A stretch of 32,000 nucleotides of DNA. Source: Bdellovibrionales bacterium. Its GTDB lineage: Bacteria; Bdellovibrionota; Bdellovibrionia; Bdellovibrionales; UBA1609. Numbering within the stretch: position 1 is the first letter of the stretch; every line of letters starts with the position of its first letter. The notes under the pieces were generated by a model. That model saw only the letters and a list, made by a program, of their open reading frames with translations. It made no database searches and had not been told where the DNA came from. Made by a program: the position numbers and the translations under genes. Location: assembly GCA_965247685.1 (NCBI GenBank), contig OZ252021.1:840001-872000 (forward strand). The letters run 5' to 3'. Shown piece by piece: positions 1 through 7,924 of the stretch.

Positions 1-1
1 T

Positions 2-226
2 ATAGTGTCCACCCGGAGTTTTTGCATCTAAATGATCTTTATAATTCTTTTGTAAAGAACTTATGATTTTTGGAGGAAAGTCCATGTGATCGACTTGAAT
101 ACCATTAAAATGTGACACAGAAAAAATAACACCTGTTCCAGTTTCTTTATGCAAGCAACTGTAATGTTTTTCTGCGCAGGCGTTAAAGCTGAATAAAATA
201 AAAATAAGCAAGCAAAGTTTTTTCAT
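2..226 (-). CDS. hypothetical secreted protein, 5' part only (gene continues past window start)
   Basis: Open reverse-strand frame runs from ATG at 226-224 to the window edge (MKKLCLLIFILFSFNACAEKHYSCLHKETGTG...). The N-terminus is hydrophobic and signal-peptide-like. It is absent from the ORF track because it is truncated. Confidence 0.35.
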   Translation of the reverse strand, partial: MKKLCLLIFILFSFNACAEKHYSCLHKETGTGVIFSVSHFNGIQVDHMDFPPKIISSLQKNYKDHLDAKTPGGHY

Positions 227-392
227 CTTCTTGCTTTAAAGTAACAAAATATTAAAAAATATGCAATTTAGAGGCATTAGAATAAGTGATATTTTAGTAT
301 CAAAGTATTACAAACTCTTATCCATTTTCAATTTTATCAAAATGAAAAATTAATATTATACTATGTTCTGTTTGTCGTACTTAGCAGTGAGT

Positions 393-1379
393 TTAAGGCT
401 TATTTGCTTCCCATTGCCTAATACGCTCTCGCTTTCTTTCAAGTTTATTTGCTTCATGTTCTTTGATTTTGTCTATCATCCTTTGCTTAACACGCTCTCG
501 CACTCTTTTATCGGAGCCTGTAAGTAGAACTGTCATTGATCCAATGACTGTCACAGGTGTCGTAAAAATTCTTCCGAATTTCGAGAGCTTATTTCTAAGA
601 GGTGCACCATATTTGGAAAATATTAATCCCACTCCAAGGGCTGTTCCCGCCACCCCTCCAGCTATTCTCGAATCCTCGTCGTCAGTCATAAGTTCCGTTA
701 TTTCGGAGCCAATCTGGTACCCAATAAATCCTGCTCCTGTTAGGAACATCGTGAATGCGGCGGCCCCTCTCACGCGAGCCAAGACTGCTGTTGTCATGCC
801 CACTAGAGGAACTCCTATCACATAGTGACATGCCATGTTTACCAACCCAACGTCGTTTAAACAAGAATTCACATCACGCAGTGCATCGAAGTAGAGCTGC
901 AGAACAGGACGTACTGCTTCAATAGAGGCCTCGAATGTTCCGGCATCTTGACTGGCATTTTCAAACTCTGCATGAAAATAAGACTTGATAGTTGAATTTT
1001 CTTTATCCACTAAAAACTCTTTTGTTAGTTTATAAGTAGATACGAGATAATCTAACAACCCGTCAAACATCCCTAAGCCACAACCTTTGATTCCGTCAAA
1101 GACTTCGTCTGAACTACAACCTTTAAGAAATTCCTTTTTCTCCCCTTTGCATTCAGGTCTTTTTTGCATCTTTTTGCAAAGCAAGTCATCAGTTGAAAAT
1201 TCTATCAAGTCTCTTTCTCCTAAGTTGCTACTGAGTGGTGTTTTTTGAGGGCAATTTTGAGTAGTACAAGGACTTCCAGCTTCTGTATCAGATTCATCAG
1301 GATCATAGGAAAAACTAGATTCAGCGCTTAAAAGAAATAAACTTAATAGCACTACCTTTAAACTATTTTTTGTATTCAT
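393..1379 (-). CDS. hypothetical exported/membrane protein (signal peptide, Cys-rich N-domain, Gly/Ala-rich glycine-zipper-like hydrophobic segments, charged coiled tail)
   Basis: 328-aa ORF with N-terminal signal-like segment VVLLSLFLLSAESS. Hydrophobic G/A-rich stretches are present (GVPLVGMTTAVLARVRGAAAFTMFLTGAGFIGY, IAGGVAGTALGVGLIF). Its start overlaps the stop of the upstream ORF as ATGA. No family recognised. Confidence 0.6.
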   Translation of the reverse strand: MNTKNSLKVVLLSLFLLSAESSFSYDPDESDTEAGSPCTTQNCPQKTPLSSNLGERDLIEFSTDDLLCKKMQKRPECKGEKKEFLKGCSSDEVFDGIKGCGLGMFDGLLDYLVSTYKLTKEFLVDKENSTIKSYFHAEFENASQDAGTFEASIEAVRPVLQLYFDALRDVNSCLNDVGLVNMACHYVIGVPLVGMTTAVLARVRGAAAFTMFLTGAGFIGYQIGSEITELMTDDEDSRIAGGVAGTALGVGLIFSKYGAPLRNKLSKFGRIFTTPVTVIGSMTVLLTGSDKRVRERVKQRMIDKIKEHEANKLERKRERIRQWEANKP

Positions 1380-2029
1380 TTCTCTTCTCCTTCTTTATCT
1401 TTACCTTTATTCTTATCTTTCTGATCTAAAACTGTCATTTGTATTCCTATTTTTTGTGCTTTTTTGAAAAACCTACTCACACTTCTATTTTGAAGTGCCT
1501 CTGTTTTTGGACTAATCACCAATATTTGATAGATGTGATTTGAAAAATAAAGCAGTCTTTCTTTAAAGAAGACAAGTTGTGTAACATTTCTTTTATAAGA
1601 GCCAGTGATATTCAATTCAATAAATTTTTTTCTCTTCTTTAAACTGTGTTGATCGGCTTTCCAAGATCCGATATTGAAGAGCATAAGATCTTCTTGTTTT
1701 AGTTGAACAAATTTTTCAAAAAAATCATCGGACTGTAATTCTTTCCAATCAACTTTTTTATCTTTTTTTTGGAGATAAAGAGTGCCAATAACTTTAGGAT
1801 TGTCTTTTAATTTGTAAGTTGAAACTCCATCGGCGACACGAACTCCTGACCATTGAGAACCCATATCATGGATAGGAAGAGGAGCAGGAGCTAGCTCTAA
1901 CTCTATTTTTTCTGTTTCTTTAGGAGATTGCTCTTTATTAGAAGTGTTATTTTTTTTTGAAAAGGCAGTCCCACTAATAAAAAGAGTTAATAAAATAAAA
2001 AATTTCATAAGGTAAATTATACGATACAT
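1376..2029 (-). CDS. hypothetical secreted protein
   Basis: 217-aa ORF. Signal peptide is MKFFILLTLFISGTAFS, so the start may be the internal Met at about 2008. The C-terminus is Lys-rich. It is translationally coupled (ATGA at 1376-1379) to the 393-1379 ORF. Confidence 0.55.
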   Translation of the reverse strand: MYRIIYLMKFFILLTLFISGTAFSKKNNTSNKEQSPKETEKIELELAPAPLPIHDMGSQWSGVRVADGVSTYKLKDNPKVIGTLYLQKKDKKVDWKELQSDDFFEKFVQLKQEDLMLFNIGSWKADQHSLKKRKKFIELNITGSYKRNVTQLVFFKERLLYFSNHIYQILVISPKTEALQNRSVSRFFKKAQKIGIQMTVLDQKDKNKGKDKEGEEK

Positions 2030-2167
2030 TGACGACAGTTATCAATGAAAGACTATTTATTAAGTTGATGTTCCTAGACCTTATCACCTCTAATACATCT
2101 TAATGTTTGTTTTATTTGTATAAATAATACTACAATTGATGATAAAGTATCTGGGGAATCAAATCAT

Positions 2168-2668
2168 ATGAAATTTAACAATCATGCTTTAGTATTTATT
2201 ATCCTTACCCTTATCGCATCACTCACCAGTTGTTCTTCTTCTTCTCGAAAGACAAAAACAGATAACAATAGAGAATACTTGGACGGATACCTTCTTGCAA
2301 CTCCTGATGATCCACCACCCAGTAAACAAGGTCCCTCTAACAACATCTATTATGGTCGATTTAAAACTTGCACTGCATACTCTGAACTCTCTAGATCTCA
2401 ATTACCATTAATGGCACGATTAACACTTCCTTTGTTAGGAAAGTTGCAAGATCTAACTACGGTTGATTGCAAAACAGCTCACACCTGTGACTGCTATAAG
2501 AATGAACACTTGGTGGTAGAAAGCTCTTTTGAGCCACCCCTTTATAGGTGTGTGGAATCTTCCTCTGCCCAAGTAGAAAATGAGGAAATATACAAACCAA
2601 ATGAGAGTTTCTCAGGAGACGGTGTTATAAAGTTTGCTCTTCCTCGATCGGTTTGTAATAAGAATTAA
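2168..2668 (+). CDS. hypothetical lipoprotein (Cys-containing)
   Basis: 166-aa ORF. Signal peptide ends in the lipobox LTSC (LIASLTS-C-SSSS). No family recognised. Confidence 0.6.
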   Translation: MKFNNHALVFIILTLIASLTSCSSSSRKTKTDNNREYLDGYLLATPDDPPPSKQGPSNNIYYGRFKTCTAYSELSRSQLPLMARLTLPLLGKLQDLTTVDCKTAHTCDCYKNEHLVVESSFEPPLYRCVESSSAQVENEEIYKPNESFSGDGVIKFALPRSVCNKN

Positions 2669-2702
2669 ATGCACTAATATAATGAGTGTTCTATTGTACT
2701 AA

Positions 2703-2843
2703 GATTTCAATTCTTCTTGAGAGACAAAATGCTAATCTTATGAATAAAACTGTTAGTAACAGGCAATACGATAGAATTCAAAAAATTGACTGTAACTATA
2801 TAGATCCGTTTTGATTGCACTACAATTTCCTATATGATAAAAT
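2703..2843 (+). CRISPR. orphan copy of the CRISPR leader (2703-2807) plus one solitary, perfect 36-bp repeat (2808-2843)
   Basis: 2703-2843 aligns with 5819-5957 (the array leader plus first repeat). The repeat GTTTTGATTGCACTACAATTTCCTATATGATAAAAT is identical. The approx. 60 nt upstream are identical except for 2 substitutions next to the repeat, and the distal leader carries a 2-nt indel and a few mismatches. Confidence 0.85.
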
Positions 2844-2898
2844 CTATATCAAAACCAAGCTAACAAACAAAATAAATTTCAATTTGTAAGTAGTTTAA

Positions 2899-3252
2899 TT
2901 ACTTCTCACATTGAAACTCATAATTATGAGTTGGGTTGTAGCCCATAATCCATAAAAAAGGAATCCAAAAAAATAGTCCGCCAATTAAAGCTCCAACACT
3001 TAACCGTTCAGTTCGACTGAACATTACAGATTGGCTTTGACAGCCTGCTTTTCTCAAATTAACAGATGTTGTAGAACCCACTACTTTAGTATCAGAGTGC
3101 AAAACCTCACCTGTACCTTGATATTGACCATCGACATACACTTTGACGTTGCGGTCAATATTGCCATTCCTATCTACTACACGAATAGATGTGGTGCTAG
3201 CACAAGATATTAAAGAGCTTGCTACACAAATAGAAATGATACGAAAAAACAT
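2899..3252 (-). CDS. small lipoprotein with C-terminal hydrophobic segment (PEGA-like beta domain, tentative)
   Basis: 117-aa ORF with lipobox LISC (VASSLIS-C-AST). VKVYVDGQYQGTGEV resembles PEGA-type motifs. C-terminal TM-like segment is GALIGGLFFWIPFLWIMG. Confidence 0.55.
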   Translation of the reverse strand: MFFRIISICVASSLISCASTTSIRVVDRNGNIDRNVKVYVDGQYQGTGEVLHSDTKVVGSTTSVNLRKAGCQSQSVMFSRTERLSVGALIGGLFFWIPFLWIMGYNPTHNYEFQCEK

Positions 3253-3445
3253 AAAAACCCCCTTGGAATAGTTTATAGCATCCTACTGAGATGATTTAAC
3301 ATAGTCAATAATCAAAAGAAAAATAAATGAAGAAGTGTTCATTTTAATCAAATTTATTACAAACTAAGGCTAAACCTGCAACCATAAGTAATGCCAATTC
3401 AAAGAACTCGCTATTTTTTTAAGGGTGTTCTTATGGAAGACATAG

Positions 3446-3471
3446 CTGAAAGACATCAAAATGTCTTTCAG
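3446..3471. terminator. perfect 11-bp stem / 4-nt loop hairpin, probable terminator downstream of the abiE operon
   Basis: CTGAAAGACAT-CAAA-ATGTCTTTCAG lies 59 nt past the abiEii stop. The T-rich tail (GTTATTTTAT) is only on the + strand, so the strand it serves is ambiguous. Confidence 0.4.
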
Positions 3472-3529
3472 GTTATTTTATACCGAGCACATGGGTAACA
3501 CTTTCGCTCTAAAGGGATGATCTTACTTG

Positions 3530-4378
3530 TTAAAAGTTTATCTTTTTAACAATATCTTTTGTTGTTTGAACATAGTATGAAAAATTTTGATTAAGACCTT
3601 TTACTGTAGATTGTACTTCTTGCCATCCTATTTCCTGTGATGTCAGAAAATCATCACTATTCAAACAAGAATCAATCAATGAAAGAGGTACATTTTTTGC
3701 TTCAAATACCTTTACGATATGTTTGGACAGCTCTTTAAAAAAATCATTAATTTTTCCTTCATCAAGAACTTTTGTATAAATTTGTTCTATATCATAAAAG
3801 TCACGAGCCCTATTGTTATGTGTGCTTCGATACTTATAATCAGGATGAGATTGACATATAGCTCGAAGTTTTTCCAGAATAAGTAAAGCCTTGGAATAAA
3901 CTTTTATTTCAATGGACTTTACTCTAATTATTTCGAAACTTTCACTGTATTCCATTTCACTGATATCAATTGGAATTTTATTTGTTAACAAACCTTCCGG
4001 AATAATAGCGGAGGCGGATTTTTGATAGACTTTGTTGTTCTTTAGTTATGAGTTTAAATTCAATAGCCCATCCACTCAAGGAGTCAGAACTCCAGTCTGT
4101 CTTATTATAGGTTTACGAATTGGTTTGAAATCGATAACATATAGTTTATTTTTTAAAAATTCTTTACGTATTGCTGATTCAAGATAATTAAAAAAATTAT
4201 TTTCTTTCTCAATTTTTTCAGGAAAAGAAAAATCAGAATCTCTGGATAATCGAGATTTTAAATTATGTACAAATCTTAGAGCTTGTCCTCCTTTTAAATA
4301 CATCTTTCCACTTAAGATATCATGTGAATAAATGGCTACAAGAATTTTCCAAACAACCTCTTCAGCGGTTATCATCAA
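3530..4378 (-). pseudogene. abiEii: AbiEii/DUF1814-like nucleotidyltransferase toxin, interrupted by two in-frame stop codons
   Basis: ORFs 4076-4378 and 3530-3991 are in the same frame. The N-part has LKGGQALRF...RLSRDSDFSF (the nucleotidyltransferase GG...D.D motif of AbiEii). The C-part has LEKLRAI...RARDFYDIEQI. In-frame TGA at 4078-4076 and TAA at 4048-4046 interrupt an otherwise continuous 283-codon frame. The ORF overlaps the stop of abiEi by 17 nt. Confidence 0.65.
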
Positions 4379-5231
4379 TCACTCCTTTGGGATAATGAAT
4401 TTTCCATTTTGAATCATAAGACCAATTTTTATTAAAATTTTTATCTAAATAAAATGTTATTTTAGGAGAAGAAAAATAATTTAACCATTTTTTGCTGATA
4501 TGAGGTTCCTTTAATCTGGAAAGTAGGAAACCTATAGACTGCCAGTAAGGATAAAAAGGGGAATAAGCTTCATAAACTTTATAGAGTTTGTTAATGTTTA
4601 TGCGAGCTTTAGCAAAAGCATTTATAAGAGTTTTAATTCCACCACTATAATGGGGGCTGATTAGAGAATCGATAAGTGTTCTTTCCAGTGATGTAAAAAA
4701 TATTTTAACTTGTCTTGTTTTATCTATTTTCAGTAATTTATTTTTAACTCCTATTTTACCTAAGTCTTGTTTTTCTAATAATGTAATTTTAGTTTTTTGA
4801 TACATAAAGTATTTAGATGTTTTTCTTGGGGATTTAAGGAAGGCTTGATGTATTTTTGCTGAAATCTTTTCCTTTGAATGAGTAGGAATTCTTCCAACAA
4901 TCTCTTTGGATAAAAAATATTCTTCTGGCCTATGATTTGTTAATTCATTTAAGTATAAAGCTGAAAAATGACTAAGGTAATATCTTGGATGAAAAGCTGT
5001 TAATATATCAATAATTTGGATCTTATTTAAATTAAAAGTTAAGAGCTTATAATCTGCTGTTGCATTCCAAACTACAGGGACTTCTGTTACAGCTCTTAGA
5101 ATACGTGTTTTTTCTTGATCTGTAATACGTTTGTTTTTATGCATTTTTTGAAGTAGTTTTTCCAATGTTATCTCAGGAAAAACCATAGGTAATTTTGAAG
5201 AAAGTTCTGTTTTAAATTTTGCAATGGACAT
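4362..5231 (-). CDS. abiEi: AbiEi-like antitoxin / transcriptional regulator (type IV TA)
   Basis: 289-aa ORF immediately upstream of and overlapping the AbiEii-like gene. Motifs LSHFSALYLNELT and TSLERTLIDSLISPHYSGG are typical of AbiEi-family proteins. Recognised from memory, not searched. Confidence 0.6.
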   Translation of the reverse strand: MSIAKFKTELSSKLPMVFPEITLEKLLQKMHKNKRITDQEKTRILRAVTEVPVVWNATADYKLLTFNLNKIQIIDILTAFHPRYYLSHFSALYLNELTNHRPEEYFLSKEIVGRIPTHSKEKISAKIHQAFLKSPRKTSKYFMYQKTKITLLEKQDLGKIGVKNKLLKIDKTRQVKIFFTSLERTLIDSLISPHYSGGIKTLINAFAKARININKLYKVYEAYSPFYPYWQSIGFLLSRLKEPHISKKWLNYFSSPKITFYLDKNFNKNWSYDSKWKIHYPKGVIDDNR

Positions 5232-5253
5232 TACTGTTTAACTCTGTTTTATT

Positions 5254-5281
5254 GTATCATGTGTATATATACACATGATAC
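5254..5281. promoter_or_regulatory. 28-bp perfect palindrome in the abiEi promoter region (candidate AbiEi operator)
   Basis: GTATCATGTGTATA|TATACACATGATAC lies 23-50 nt upstream of the abiEi ATG (5231) and contains a TATATA -10-like core. Confidence 0.55.
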
Positions 5282-5447
5282 TTCTAATTTTAAGATAAGT
5301 CAAGAGAAAAAATGGTAATTTATTAGTTTACATAATTCTTAGTTTCTCCTACAATTTGAAGGGATTTTAAAGGGAAACTTCGGTTACTATAGGTTGTAAG
5401 CGGTTACCAACAGGATGAATAGGTGGTATTTTGTTTAATTTTGAAGT

Positions 5448-5602
5448 TATTTTAGAGTTTTGAAACCCTTACCTTCTATCCCGTCCACCCCACAGATTTC
5501 TTCAAGAAGTGTAGAAAAAATATTTGGAACCTTTTGAACTTCATCTAAAACAACCTTCTTTGATAATCCTTTTACAAACCCAATAGGATCTTCTTTGCTG
5601 TT
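5448..5602 (-). pseudogene. gene fragment resembling the Walker-B region of an AAA-type ATPase
   Basis: A 51-codon open stretch translates to NSKEDPIGFVKGLSKKVVLDEVQKVPNIFSTLLEEICGVDGIEGKGFKTLK*. VVLDEVQ is a hhhhDE Walker-B-like motif. There is no start codon or N-terminal part, and stops flank it in all frames. Confidence 0.25.
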
Positions 5603-5818
5603 TTAGTCACTACATCATCTTTAGCTATTCTGTTTGCCGTACTTAGCAGTGAGTTTAAGTTTAGAAAAATAAAAAAGCATCTTGGAATAAACAAAAAGAA
5701 GTGAAGACAGGTTTTAGTGAAGTTAATTAAAGATTTTCTATCAGGATATGGAAGGGAGATTTTAACAGAGGCCATAAATAAAATAGAAAAATTTACTGGA
5801 GAAAGAGATTGGAGTAAG

Positions 5819-5921
5819 GATTTCAATTCTTATTGAGAGATAAAATGATATATATGAATAAAACTGTTAGTAACAGGCAATACGATAGAATTCAAAAAAT
5901 TGACTGTAACTATATGGATCT
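5819..5921 (+). promoter_or_regulatory. CRISPR leader (transcription-upstream flank of the array)
   Basis: AT-rich 103-nt flank directly 5' of the first repeat in crRNA orientation. It is conserved in a second copy at 2703-2807 and contains the inverted repeat CTGTTA-G-TAACAG (5864-5876). Confidence 0.6.
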
Positions 5922-7540
5922 GTTTTGATTGCACTACAATTTCCTATATGATAAAATAAAGATATCAGCTCATCAAAAAAGCGGGTAGTTTTGATTGCAC
6001 TACAATTTCCTATATGATAAAATGGTAAAACAATTTATAAGTATGCAAATGGTGTTTTGATTGCACTACAATTTCCTATATGATAAAATGGGCTTGTTAA
6101 GCACTATTAATAGGTATATGTTTTGATTGCACTACAATTTCCTATATGATAAAATAGGTTGCGTTGAAAGTCTGTTTTGAAGGGCGTTTTGATTGCACTA
6201 CAATTTCCTATATGATAAAATTGTTATATTATAGTTAAGTAAATAAATCTAGTTTTGATTGCACTACAATTTCCTATATGATAAAATATAAATCTTGAAC
6301 AATTCACTAAGATAATAGTTTTGATTGCACTACAATTTCCTATATGATAAAATTCTTCTTTTGTACTTTCTATTTTTGTAAGTGTTTTGATTGCACTACA
6401 ATTTCCTATATGATAAAATTTAAAAGAAATAAACAAGGAGCTGGAAGTGGTTTTGATTGCACTACAATTTCCTATATGATAAAATTATTCGGTCATATTG
6501 TGTAAAGAGATCATGGTTTTGATTGCACTACAATTTCCTATATGATAAAATAAAGAATATGATGAATGAGGTGGCCAGAAGGTTTTGATTGCACTACAAT
6601 TTCCTATATGATAAAATATATTATAGTTAAATAAACAATTGTCTAGGGTTTTGATTGCACTACAATTTCCTATATGATAAAATTGGTTTACAATTGGTGT
6701 AAAAACCAGCTGGGTTTTGATTGCACTACAATTTCCTATATGATAAAATATCTATAGATCAATTAAATAAAAAAGTCTAGTTTTGATTGCACTACAATTT
6801 CCTATATGATAAAATTGAAAAGCCGTGGTTGTCCGATAAGACTAGGTTTTGATTGCACTACAATTTCCTATATGATAAAATATTACAAGTTGATTCACAA
6901 GCTCGGACGATGTTTTGATTGCACTACAATTTCCTATATGATAAAATATTTATAGAAGATTACAATAATAAATATGCGTTTTGATTGCACTACAATTTCC
7001 TATATGATAAAATACCACTAGAATAAATATGGATTGGAACTCCGTTTTGATTGCACTACAATTTCCTATATGATAAAATTCATTGTACTGGATGGAATGA
7101 ATATAATGTGTTTTGATTGCACTACAATTTCCTATATGATAAAATTCCTCGGTTAAGGACCTCGCCTCGATTTATGTTTTGATTGCACTACAATTTCCTA
7201 TATGATAAAATAGTTACAGAAATTGTGGGTTTCACAACTCCGTTTTGATTGCACTACAATTTCCTATATGATAAAATGGGTCTTCGTTCCACACACCACC
7301 TGCGTTGGTTTTGATTGCACTACAATTTCCTATATGATAAAATAAATGTAAAATTTGAGAATGGATGTGCTTAGTTTTGATTGCACTACAATTTCCTATA
7401 TGATAAAATTGAAGTGGCCGGAACTATTAATATTGCTACGTTTTGATTGCACTACAATTTCCTATATGATAAAATTTATAAATATGCAAACGGTAGGAAG
7501 CCTTGTTTTGATTGCACTACAATTTCCTATATGATAAAAT
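5922..7540 (+). CRISPR. CRISPR array, 25 x 36-bp repeats, 24 spacers (23 x 30 bp, last one 29 bp)
   Basis: Repeat GTTTTGATTGCACTACAATTTCCTATATGATAAAAT starts at 5922, 5988, 6054 ... 7440 (period 66) and at 7505. All copies look identical on inspection. Orientation is set by the GTTTT 5' end and by the strand of the tracrRNA anti-repeat and its terminator. Confidence 0.97.
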
Positions 7541-7582
7541 AAGCCATTTATAACTCCTTGAAATTACAGGAGTTATTGGCTT
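7541..7582 (-). terminator. long hairpin between cas2 stop and array (probable cas-operon terminator / barrier to array read-through)
   Basis: AAGCCA-TTT-ATAACTCCT / loop TGAAATTAC / AGGAGTTAT-TGGCTT gives a 15-bp stem with a 3-nt bulge. On the - strand it is followed by ATTTTAT. Confidence 0.5.
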
Positions 7583-7591
7583 ATTAAAAAC

Positions 7592-7924
7592 TCAAAATAG
7601 TAGCAACTGTTGTTTCTTCTTAGTTAATTTTTCATCATACTTTCCACGAAAACTCACAATATTACTAAACTGCTTATCCGTCACAGCTAATAGATCAATT
7701 TTCCCATTTTGAGGCAGTTGGTAAGAAATTTTTTTAATGAGACTTTCCACCTTTTCTTTACTAGGGCATACCTTAGAATAAACAGAATATTGAACCATCT
7801 GAAAACCAAGATCCAATAAACGATACCTAAATTTAGATGCCATTTTTCTCTCTTTTTTTGTTGTTACCGGTAAATCAAAAAAAGTAAATAACCACATAAC
7901 TCTATAATGACCTAAATAACTCAT
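7592..7924 (-). CDS. cas2: CRISPR-associated endoribonuclease Cas2
   Basis: 110 aa. N-terminal MWLFTFFDLPVTTKKERKMASKFRYRLLDLGFQMVQYSVY is typical of type II Cas2. It has a 4-nt overlap with cas1 and is adjacent to the array. Confidence 0.92.
   Translation of the reverse strand: MSYLGHYRVMWLFTFFDLPVTTKKERKMASKFRYRLLDLGFQMVQYSVYSKVCPSKEKVESLIKKISYQLPQNGKIDLLAVTDKQFSNIVSFRGKYDEKLTKKKQQLLLF

Noticed and set aside
331-365. ATTTTATCA match to the reverse complement of the repeat 3' end
   Set aside because: Only 9 nt match before similarity is lost, which is expected by chance in AT-rich sequence.
463-864. ORFs 463-825 (+) and 682-864 (-) overlapping the 393-1379 gene
   Set aside because: They are nested in or antisense to a longer ORF that has a signal peptide and coherent architecture. 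They arise from the locally GC-rich, stop-poor patch.
2031-2041. 11-mer TTGACGACAGT shared with 18458-18468 as a possible common promoter element
   Set aside because: Hundreds of 11-mer coincidences are expected in a 32-kb window read on both strands, and there is no extended similarity.
5600-5635. Possible fifth, heavily decayed repeat (GTTTTAGTCACTACATCATC...) abutting the ATPase fragment
   Set aside because: Only GTTTT and CACTACA match, with a gap, giving about 19/36 overall. That is not distinguishable from chance by eye. It needs a formal alignment before it can be claimed.
5572-5826. 84-aa ORF left of the CRISPR leader
   Set aside because: The translation is hydrophobic and low-complexity, with no RBS. 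It overlaps the 32-bp direct repeat and the leader. The region looks like decayed, non-coding debris.
6224-6436. 70-aa ORF with internally repeated peptide (FYHIGNCSAIKT)
   Set aside because: It lies entirely inside the CRISPR array. The repeated peptide is just the translated reverse complement of the repeat.
5958-7504. Self-targeting spacers against this window
   Set aside because: I scanned for the distinctive GC-rich cores of several spacers (for example CCACACACCACC, CCTCGCCTCG, GGTGGCCAGAAG) and saw no match. The scan was manual and not exhaustive, so this is unconfirmed rather than excluded.
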